A DNA stretch of 63,802 nucleotides, counting the filler, from Choristocarpus tenellus KU-1152 (lineage: Eukaryota; Protista; Phaeophyceae): NCBI GenBank assembly GCA_964200185.2. It is 10 parts of 10 records of this genome, joined end to end, with 100 filler letters (N's around TTAATTAATTAA, not from the genome) between each part and the next. Parts side by side here need not be neighbours in the genome. Positions count along the whole stretch, not along the records: positions 35,451 to 39,418 come from CAXNAD020016866.1; positions 39,519 to 42,082 come from CAXNAD020026735.1; positions 42,183 to 46,561 come from CAXNAD020014828.1; 7 more parts are not named here. One strand, written 5' to 3'. Shown here piece by piece: positions 36,471-46,561 of this stretch. Positions within the stretch are counted from its first letter, which is position 1. Each line of letters starts with the position of its first letter. The position numbers and the translations under genes are program-made. Under the pieces are notes generated by a model. The model ran no database searches. It was not told the origin of the DNA and saw nothing but the letters and a program-made list of their open reading frames with translations.

Positions 36471-38936
36471 CAGTTTCGACAGGGAAAAGTCTTCCCACCC
36501 TTTCTTCCTCTATGCTCGCGCACCCACTCTTTGACCTTGACAAGGATGTCCTCGTCGACGCCCAGAACGAAACACCTCTCGTAGCGCCCTTGCTCCGACA
36601 CCTTGATGTGGCCCTTAGTTAGGAGGTCTCACTCCCAATTTACTCACAGTATCCGACCTGACCCATTGCATATCCTGCTGCCATCTCGAGCGCAATATGA
36701 TGGTCTTTCCCGCCGTTCATACAAAGGTACAGAATTAGCAGTGTTAGAGCCCTTACTATGACATTATCTCCTTGAGCGCCGGAAATGGATGTTGTCCGTG
36801 TTTCCTAGGCGGGTGATATTTTATCATCAAGGCTCAAGGGTGAGGGAGGATAGGTTTGAGTTGATCGAAAATTGTGTTGATTTCTCGAATGAATGCAGGC
36901 GGGGAGAAAGCCTTAATCAACTTTACACGTCCAACCCTTAAGTCCAGGAACAAAAGTTAATGTACGGCATCTTGCAAGAAGTGGGAGACACCAAATCATC
37001 AGTCTGCAAATAGTCTCAATCTCACCTCCTCTTCTTCCCTGGCATCCTCGTCGATGGTCACCTCCACCTGCTTCGCGACCTCTTCTAAGGATTTGGTGGT
37101 ATCAAAAAGTCTCCACAGCTGCCTTTATTACGATCGCTTTCTCCTCCGCCTTGCAAGTCCTTTCGAACTTATTTCGGGCTTCAGAGCCCTTGCAGCGCAA
37201 CCCTAACACTCTCTTTCTCGTTTCCTTAAGCCACTCCGGCTCGCATAGCTTCCAAACAGCCAGGTCCTGCTGCAACTTGTTGAAACCTGAATCGAATGCA
37301 TCGTAAATGTAAGCAAAATGCGTAGACTACGAGCGATGAGGAATAATGGTGTTGCAAAGTACCGATGAGTACTATGCGTTGTCTATGTTATGGATAGATG
37401 TGGTTGTGCTGCAAAGCACCGATGTGTTTATTCTGTTGTAACATTGATCTCTCAGTCAAGAATGATGCGATGTGAATTCAGTATTCTCGGTTGGTCAATC
37501 CAGAATGATGTGATGTGAATTCAGTGTTCCTTCATGAGATACTCAACGAAAGAAGTCCATGCTCTGTGGAGAGGTTTGTTACCTTGGCTGGCAAGGGTTT
37601 CCGCCGATGGTTTTAACTCTGATTATTATACTACATCCAGATATGAAGGTGGTATACTTATTGCAGCGGGAGTTTTGTGCGTTGTGAGGGATCAATGGCG
37701 TCACGGAAGAAATAGTAATCATCAACGTACAACTGTCATCTTCTGCTGCTGATAAGAAGAAAGAGTGAAAGAAAAACAAACAACAGAACAACAGAACAAA
37801 CTTGAACCAATATGTGATGCAACTCAAGTGATGTATACTATACTAGACTGTTCGTGTGGAAAGCAGAGCGACTGTTCTGTACTAAGGTGTTCTGATTGTA
37901 GTTGATGGTGGTGATGATGAACTAGTAAAAGTAACGTCCAGAACGTAATAGACCAATCAACAGTCAGTGTTGACTGGTGGCATTCTATCGTATCCAAGAA
38001 CAAACAGATGAGTAGCCTATGTTTTAACACAACTAACTGTCGACTACTAAGATATTCTACATGCAAGTTATCTCTTAGGCGTTTCCTGAGCGCAATGGCA
38101 CGCAGTCGCACTGCTTTCCTCCCCAACCTTCTCTTCGGGCGGCCACCTCGGTTCTCCCTTCGCTCACCGTAACCAGGCTTCCCCACAGACTTCGTTACTG
38201 TACCACCTGGTGATAGACTCGCCGATCTCTTCCTGCTTTCTGAGGCGGCAGAGACTGCAGATCAGTGCTCCGATGTGGTTGAAGATCCAACCTCATTTGT
38301 GTCGTAATGCTTTCAGTGCATCTTCTCTCAGCGTCAGTGTCGTGGCTGCGTGTTCCATTTTGCGATTTGATAATGCTGCTGCGCCACACTACTCGCACTT
38401 TCTCATAACCTAACATCACACTGAGTATCACATGGTACTTTCTTTTCGGTCGCCTCTCGATAGAGAAGGTGCCGAGGGTAGATCCAGGGGGCAGAGAGGC
38501 CTCGTCTTCTCTCTTTATCTCACCATTGTTTTTCATGTTGCTGTGTGGGTCACGCGTGTGTGTGCTCACAAAAAGTCTGCAAAGGGTGCTAAAAAGATGT
38601 CCGCAAACCTTGTCTTTTTTTTTGGTATCGCCAAACTTGGGCAGCGACCTACCCCGCATTAGGTGTTTGCGGGGAGTTCAGCCAACCAATTCATTTTTGT
38701 CCATTTTGAAGTCGTGACCTTCAAAATTGCTCTGGAGATGTTTCCCCGCATGTTTCCCATTATTTGATCGGGACATAGCTCCCGTTCCCCGAGGCCTGGA
38801 CATTCATGGATAAAAAAGTTCCGAACCTCTTGTCGTAAGATTTCATTTGATACATATATATTGTTATATAGTTTCTGTGGCGATACGGTGAAAACAAACA
38901 AGATTGACACAGAGGAAGAAGCTAGTGGTACCACTT
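36471..38936 (-). mobile_element. Decayed Tc1/mariner (IS630)-type transposon with a spliced transposase pseudogene, N-terminal part only
   Basis: Terminus shared with 3904-4295. Minus-strand pseudo-exons bounded by AG/GT (e.g. ~37287-37025), and the peptide SEQGRYERCFVLGVDEDILVKVKEWVREHRGRKG (~36500-36605), which resembles from memory the region preceding the DGHERxDV motif in one TcMar lineage. Stops and frameshifts are present. Confidence 0.55.
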
Positions 38937-39301
38937 TATCAGCTGGCTGACATTACTTAGTCCTTGTCGTAATGAAACTCAAAAAAGATATCATTTTAGT
39001 CCATATTTTGTTCTAATAAAAATATTTGTGCACCTAGCCAATACTTCAACAATACAATTAGTCATCACCAACCACAATTTCGTTTCAAAGCCCCTATAAT
39101 CGCGCTTCTAGAAACCTCATGCGTAACAAGCAAATACAATATGCAACATCACCCCATAAATACAATCCTTGCGTGACTAAAGAAAGTCTGGTCCCATCCC
39201 CAAATGATTAATAAATACAGGGGAAATGTTCAAAAAAACCACCTATCCTCCAGGAAAGTGGTGAGGGGGGAATAACTCATCAACTTGGTGGATGTACAAT
39301 T

Positions 39302-39315
39302 GGGTCAAAGTATCT

Positions 39316-39351
<36 letters not shown>

Positions 39352-39418
39352 GGTTTGGGCAAAATTTTTTTTTGTTTACATTTAAAAACAGACCCGGACC
39401 ACAAAAAAAAAAAAAAAA
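39302..39418 (+). mobile_element. Poly-G MITE subfamily terminus at contig end
   Basis: GGGTCAAAGTATCT followed by a G-run of over 30 nt. Equivalent termini at 7501-7517, 11331-11344, 42206-42224 and 53563-53595. Confidence 0.7.
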
Positions 39419-40089
39419 NNNNNNNNNNNNNNNNNNNNNNNNNNNNNNNNNNNNNNNNNNNNTTAATTAATTAANNNNNNNNNNNNNNNNNNNNNNNNNN
39501 NNNNNNNNNNNNNNNNNNCGTGCGTTAGCCTGTGAATTGGATTTGACTTGTACATCCTGGAAAGGTGAGCATCGAGGGGCGCCTGTAACAAATCTACCCT
39601 AAGAGATAGAGAACAGTGAGAAAAAACACTCGGCATCCAAAAGGTAGTGGTAAGCCTGATCTGCTTGAGCTAACTCGGTAGCTGCTTTAGCATAACTTAC
39701 ATAGCATATCACAGCTCATCTGGCACACCAACCTTCGTCCATGAAGTAATTACTTCGTTCTATGAACCACGCACTTGTACCACCAATTATGGTGATTTGC
39801 TGCCCTTCTTTGTGCTTCATCCCTCGATTATGATCCCAGACTTCTCAAGCTCATCTTGCAAGGTGACTCAGTTCCAGTGGTTCTCCTGTGGTCCACCTTG
39901 CTTCTGTATTCCAAACAAAAGTCATCAGCAATCTCCTATGGCCATGCATGTAACTGACCTTGCAAACAAGAAATCCTTTTTCACACAACAAAGGTCGCCT
40001 TCATACTGCTGCACCAAGTCTTCACAAGGGCATCTTTGTAATAACAGAGTGTGATCAGTGCGTTCCCATTTGTGAAGATAAATTTTTTG

Positions 40090-40950
40090 AATTTGTTACG
40101 GTGGTACAGGAGAGCATACTCCACGAGGAACCAGGAGATTTCCGGGCTTGATGTTCTATAATGTATATGGTGTGCAACCTATATGCCCTCCAGGAGGTCG
40201 GACAGGGCAATGGTGTACTTATGTTCATGCATTTTACTGGCCTACTGGAGGTGCTGATCCTGTTGATCGTAATCTCCTATGGGTTTGTTTCCAAGTTGGA
40301 GTGCCTGAAATGATTGTCTCAGTTATTCGCCAGTTCCATGTTGGGATGCGAGCACGTGCATACATGTCTGCATAGATGGTCGAGAGTGTAGGGACAAGTG
40401 GTTTAAAGTTAGGCAAGGACTTCGTCTGGTCTAAGCGTTCTCCCCCCATACTCTTGAACATGTTCTTCGCTGCAGTGGTACTAAGCATAGCAGTTAAGGA
40501 GTTCAACACTGACTCGATCGCCTCTAGCAACCTTGTTGCCACCAAGGGAACCAAGAAAAACAATCAGGTTAGAGGAGGAGGACTGACAAGGAGTGGGGTA
40601 CACTTGAGCCATGCCCGTGGGGTGTGCTCTGTCTTGACGGCATGCGGATTGTGTTTAAGGCCCAAGAAAGCATGACCAGGATTATGGCCGTGATTGTGAA
40701 GATGGCTCGGTCATTTGACCTGACTGCATCTGAGTCGAGGACAGTAATCATGTGACTTTGACCTTCAACCAAGGTCAGAGACATGAAACAGATCTGGGCT
40801 TTGGGTTAGAGCTCCAAGCGGTCTGACAAATTTGTCTACCTTAGAGGCGCTGTGTCGGTGATGACGCTGATATCACCACCAAGATCAGCCTACGGAATCA
40901 AAAGGTTTGGGGTTGTTTCTGTAAGTACAGCCGAGAGTTTTATGAACAGA
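40090..40950 (+). mobile_element. Degenerate non-LTR retrotransposon (RTE-type LINE) reverse transcriptase
   Basis: Broken frames give ILHEEPGDFR, DPVDRNLLW..GVPEMIVSVIRQFHVGMRA, PILLNMFFAAV, MAVIVKMARSFDLTASESRT and FVYLRGAVS, in the order of RTE RT motifs. Confidence 0.85.
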
Positions 40951-43334
40951 ACCACAGGTAAGAAGGTTTATCACTTGAACTTAAGATTCAAAAGCTCAAG
41001 GCTCGAACAAAGTAGATGAGGTCCAGTTAATTTATGGATGGGTGTTTGTTCTTATTCATAACACAAAACAACATGGGAAATTCAAAACGAGGTGACAAAA
41101 CTTCGTTTTACCACAACACTGAGGCCCGTTTAGCACGAGGCTTGATGCAGGAGGTGGAGCGACCAGCAGTGAAATATGGCTGAAGGTAATGGATGAGAAG
41201 GAAGGCATGAACGGAGACCGTGGAACTAGATCAAACTATTGTTAGAATAGTTGAATTGCAAAAATGAAGTTGTAAGAGAAGTAGATACTGTACACATAGT
41301 AAGTAAGGCACACACCTAGAACAGATTGTGTGAGGAACTCCTCAAATACAATATCCACACATACATCCACTCTAAACTACTACTATAAAGACTATTGCTG
41401 AGTAGGTAGGATGGGGTTTGATTGAGTTACAGATTCTTCTATTGGTTCTGGATTGCCTTTACAGTAGTAGTCTAGGAACAGTTACGACCACTTCTACCAC
41501 TCCTCTTGTTTTATTTGATTTCTTGTTTTTTGTTCAAATACAGTACAACGAATTCTTGTTGTTCATATGTAACAAAAAAGGGGTGACTTGTTTTGGCTGT
41601 AGAATTATTGCTGAATATTCTAACTGGAACCCGAACCCTAACCATAAAAATACAAAACGGAAAAAATGCCATCAAAATATATTGTACATCAACAAATAAG
41701 AAGGGTTCCTCGGTCCCTAAAATAGAAGTTTGGGATGTGGGTATCCAGAATAAATAAGATCGTATATGGAACCCTTCCCAGTTTTAACTACAAAAGTAAT
41801 ATGAAATAATTAACACCTGTAAGTTCTGTTCTCTACACAGCAAAAACATTCCAGCGACTTGGAACTTTTCCTTACACTATACATTTTACATTATTATTCG
41901 TTCATTTGCGTTGGTACAGTACCTACCCCGATTTTGATAGTAATAGTAATTAATATATATTATTATGCCCTCTGACATTTTGCAGATGTGTCAGGGGGGA
42001 AACCACTATTAATCATAATCGTGGTTAGTGTGGTAAGCATGTTTGTCTGTTATTATACCGTCATTGCCGTATGCCATTTACCNNNNNNNNNNNNNNNNNN
42101 NNNNNNNNNNNNNNNNNNNNNNNNNNTTAATTAATTAANNNNNNNNNNNNNNNNNNNNNNNNNNNNNNNNNNNNNNNNNNNNCCCCTCACAAACCACCCC
42201 CCCCACCCCCAGATACTTTGACCCTGTTAGTAGGTTTCCTACGAGATATACACGTCTCGCATCAACTGTAGTGATGTATGACAGTTTACTACGTGCAATT
42301 AAAATGTGTAGACAGTAGCTGGAGTCATCGAAGGTAATATACACAGGGAAGAGATGCATCTTCGTGTTCCTGACTACAACGACGGAAAAGGAGAGCACGG
42401 AGTAAACTCGGAGGATATAGACAAGGAACAAGAGTACCCAACCAAAAAATAATACAAGCACAAACATAATAAAATTAGGATCACTCACTATTACAAGGAA
42501 AATGATAGGCAGTAGGCAGTGCATGACAAGATAATGCAGTGGGTATATGTGGAAGAAGTTGTGTATGATTTATTAATGTTGTCATTACAATGATATTCTT
42601 TCTGCGAAGATTATTTTTCATGAAACTTAGCAATATAAGCAGACCAAATGTTTTTTGTGTAGACACACTGATGACTAAATATAAAATAGCAACGGACTCT
42701 TTCTATACACAAATGATTAGAAACAACCTCACATCTATCCGTGTTCAGGGGTTGGTTGAGGCACCAGCTAGGCTTGAAGAATGACACCACTACCACCGCC
42801 GCCACAACCACCACCAGGTCGCACTGTACAACCAACTGCGTAGACAGGACTCGTATGGTGTAGACTTTATGATGCTTACAGTTTTTAGGTTTCCAACATC
42901 TTCACCATGCAACACAATAATGAGAGGAATCAACATCCTTGGCCTTGGCAACTTCACTGTAAACTACTTACGACACTACAAGCATAAAGCTCTGCATGTC
43001 CAGGGCACAAAAAACAACACGAGAAGGGAAAAGGGAGTTCGCAATGGAATCTCGCCAAGAAAACGTACTTACAGTTACTATATCTAATAGCACGAGCCAA
43101 AGAAGATCGTGGCTACATCCCGAGGTCTGGAAGGCATTTACACGAGAACAGAATACAGAGGGAAGGCGAGCAGATGCAAACGACGCACACATCTGTTACC
43201 TTCATATATACCCAAACAAATGAGAACAAAAATAGAACAATGACAGCAGCCAGTCAGGAAGGACCAACCCGCTCCCCTCCAAGCCAAGTCAGTCAGCAAC
43301 GTTTCTGGAGCAAACACGACTTGTGACTTTAGAA

Positions 43335-43748
43335 TCAAGCATTCAGAAGTCTACGACTGTAAGGGTCCCTCGGCAGCTCCTCCATCGTTGAGCACAAGGG
43401 GAAATACTTTCCTTTCTTATCGAGCTTCTTTTGCAGTTTCTTCTTCTTGAAGAAGCACTTGCGGCAGTCCTTGACCCCTCTTTTACCGCAGCCAGCACCG
43501 ATGACCTTGGGCCTATCAGAGCACCTCTCGTCGCACTTCACCGTGTGCTTCCTCTTGACCACGACGCAATCTTTCCCCGCACTGTCATCATTTGACTTGA
43601 TGCACTCCTTCCTGGGTAGGGTAGGGCAGTTGGACTGGTTGCATCCTCCCATTACGAGGTTGTTAGCTTGCGCTGTCTGGCTGATTACACACAGCAGTGC
43701 GAAGACGATCGTGAGTAACGGGAAGATTCGGGGCATAGAAAAGGCCAT
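43335..43748 (-). CDS. Intronless secreted cationic cysteine-rich protein, 137 aa, family not recognised
   Basis: ATG at 43748 in CACCATGG context. Signal-peptide-like MAFSMPRIFPLLTIVFALLCVISQTAQA; predicted mature part has 10 Cys and 28 K/R versus 12 D/E; ends SRRLLNA*. Many G/C-ending codons against AT-rich flanks. Confidence 0.8.
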   Translation of the reverse strand: MAFSMPRIFPLLTIVFALLCVISQTAQANNLVMGGCNQSNCPTLPRKECIKSNDDSAGKDCVVVKRKHTVKCDERCSDRPKVIGAGCGKRGVKDCRKCFFKKKKLQKKLDKKGKYFPLCSTMEELPRDPYSRRLLNA

Positions 43749-43916
43749 GGTGTTTAGGATGTGGAGGGATCTAGAGGGGTAGTATAGCACGAGTATAGCA
43801 CAGCTGAAGATGTTCTTGTCAGGTACTCGATCGTGTCGTGTGAGAGTATGGTTGTGCGATGAGGGGTGGTGTGGTGAGGATGACTTCTTCGATGCTATAC
43901 CCCCGTCAATTTTTCG

Positions 43917-43923
43917 CTATATA
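43917..43923 (-). promoter_or_regulatory. Candidate TATA box of the Cys-rich gene
   Basis: TATATAG on the minus strand about 170 nt upstream of the ATG, followed by a CA-rich leader. Confidence 0.45.
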
Positions 43924-45040
43924 CGTGACTGTTACGGGGAAGAGGGACGTTCATTAAAATACCGTTGAACATACCCTTGATGCCCAACTCTGTCTGCCAG
44001 TTACATACATTCGTACATTTGTGGTGTATGAAAATATTAGTCAGACCTCTTTTTTATTGGAGAACCCAGCACCTTTTCCCGGTCTTTTCTATATTGTTTG
44101 GTGTTACAATATTACTGTTGGTGTTCCAGTCATCTCTTAATAGTTTTAAATACACACTCATTTTAAAATGGACGTTGTTGAGTCGATCAAAATATAATCT
44201 TCAAACCCCTCGCCAAGAATAATAATTTTGTGTGCTATTTACGATAGGCATATATACCCCCACCACGTCAGGTTGACCCAACCTTCGATAACCTGTCTTT
44301 GTTTTTTGGTGTACGTCGTTCCAATGTATATACTGAGTGGAAATATAGTGCGCATTTTTTGTTCTGTGTTGATGATGCCACCACTCTTAACCATATAGAA
44401 AAACAATGTCCATCCAAACATCGTTCGGTTAGACCTAAACGGCACTCATTAAATTCAACTAGCAACGAACGATAACAATATATAACCTGACTGTGGTCTG
44501 TGTTATCGCCAATTGCTTGTTATTACACTGTAACAGTAGTAATAGTAGTGGTGAGATGATGGCAACAAAAACATCAACAATGACGGCAAGGATCCAATTG
44601 TCATCATCATGAATGATGATGATCATCACGGTGAGTTCAATTATTGTATGGATATGCAACCAATTAGCACTGCAAGTACTACTACCACCACCATATCAAT
44701 GTTCGCACTCTCCCAAAGAAGCGTGATGCTTTACCAAGAAGATATATATGCATGTAGAATGTGAAGTTAACAGCCAAGAGTGAGACCTATCCACGAGGGG
44801 GGGAGTTCCTAGTCTCCATGATCGCGCTTTCATGACGGGATCGATGTATCAGTAATAGAAACATCCCGAGCAGATTAAAGAAACATTTGATAAAATGTTT
44901 CTTCAACATCACTGTATTCTAATGTTCTGATCTATCACTATCTATGGTCTTACACGCATTTTATACATACATAATATATTCATATGTATTAATAACATTT
45001 GGTGTGTATAGTACTTCAAAATATCTCCTCATGCGAACAC

Positions 45041-45150
45041 ACCACAACCACCACCACAACCACCACCACAACCACCACCACAACCACCACCACAACCACC
45101 ACCACAACCACCACCACCACCACAACAACAACAACAACAACTACTACTAC
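45041..45150. repeat. (CAACCACCACCA)n / (CAA)n / (CTA)n compound microsatellite
   Basis: Directly visible; the source of spurious poly-T, poly-H and poly-G ORFs. Confidence 0.92.
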
Positions 45151-45886
45151 GACTAGAATCGTTGCCGTCGTTGCTGTTGTTGCTGCGGTGGTGACGTGAA
45201 ACGAGAGGCAAGAGGTATTTTACCAACAAAAGCGACAACAGCGACCAGTGATTGGTTGTACGTCTTAGGAACGCATCCAGTACCAATATATTGTATGCAA
45301 CAGATTAAGCGATGTATGTACTATGATATACGCAGTACAGAATAGTACTGCATACACACAAACTACAACAGAGGACAGCTAAACATAAGAAGTTTGTCGT
45401 TATGAGTGAATGTTTCAATAATGGTCCTGCTTGCTACTTCTACTACCATTACCAAAACCACCACCACCACTCCATGTTGTAACTCTCAAGGGCTTACCAT
45501 GTATGATAGATCTACTTACCAAAAGCTGAAGAAGTCGCACACTACTTGCTGGAAGCTCAAGTCCTGGAAGAATTAGGAAGAGAGAGGGGAATAAGACAAA
45601 GGGACAAATTATTAATATTTAATAGACTCGACATACTGCACATACGCCATGTTACAGAGCATGCATACAACACATTAGCGGAACAGATGTGTCAGACCCA
45701 AATAACAGGATTTTAGCATTTTGTTGTTGTGGGGCTTGTAAAATGATATGCCTGACAACCCAGTTTCATGACTCAGTTTCTTGACCCAGGTTCAGGCAAC
45801 CCCCAACAGGATTCTGTGGGTGTAGAAAAGGTACCGCTGTATGTGGATGTCTTGCTATTGGATTGGAGGATGTAGGGACGTGCCAG

Positions 45887-46425
45887 GGTCAAAGTATCTG
45901 TGCCGGCGTCCGTTTTTTACCCTTTTTCGATTTTCACTTTTTGGTGTGATTTGGTCGCACATGTCGGATTTGAAATGTCAGCAAAGAAAAGAAGACTGTT
46001 GGTTAGGTTCCTTTCTGTCCTTGTGTACGCAAGAGGAATAGAAATATATGCCACCATTTAATTGGGTTTGGTTAGGAGTTTCGACGTTTGCATGTGTCGG
46101 ATTTCTAGTCTGTTCAAACAGGTTTGTTGGTTTATGTATGTTGGTTGTGCAGTTATGATGAGTAAGAGATATGGGTTAGGCTGTTCCAGGGCTGGATATT
46201 GGTTTGTTTGGTTGCATGAGTGGGCTTTGGCTAGCACATAAAGAGGGCTGTCGGTTAGGTCTGTTTTCCCACTGTTGGATGAGGAATTAAAAAAAAGAAT
46301 ATGGGCTGTTGCGAGGTTGTTTTTTCGTTTATCTGCTTGCATGAGTCGTGTCTGGTGTGTACGCAAAGAGGACTGTCAGTTTAGGCCTGTTCTCCCGGCG
46401 TGTACACGAGGAACCAAAACATATG
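45887..46425 (+). mobile_element. Longer non-autonomous element with GGGTCAAAGTATCTG terminus and internal direct repeats
   Basis: Same TIR core as the MITEs. Repeated block AAGAGG.CTGT..GTTAGG..TGTGTAC.C.AGAGGAA near 45990, 46241 and 46366. Interrupted at 46426. Confidence 0.55.
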
Positions 46426-46561
46426 GAGCCAAAGTATCTTACAGGGTAAAGCGGTTTCCATTTGGGCGTCAAAATCCAATGTTGTGATTTTGAGAGTGAA
46501 ACTATCTTAGAGGGTACGAATTTTCCCCTGTTTGTCCATTTGTGGGGCTTGGCTTCCCATG
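46426..46561. mobile_element. MITE nested in MITE: reverse copy 46426-46493 interrupted by a forward copy from 46494
   Basis: GAGCCAAAGTATCTTA...GATTTTGA followed directly by GAGTGAAACTATCTTAGAGGGTACG to the contig end. The insertion follows TGA. Confidence 0.85.

Noticed and set aside
44944-45286. His-rich, poly-Thr and Gly/Cys-rich ORFs (metallothionein- or mucin-like)
   Set aside because: All three are translations of one compound microsatellite.
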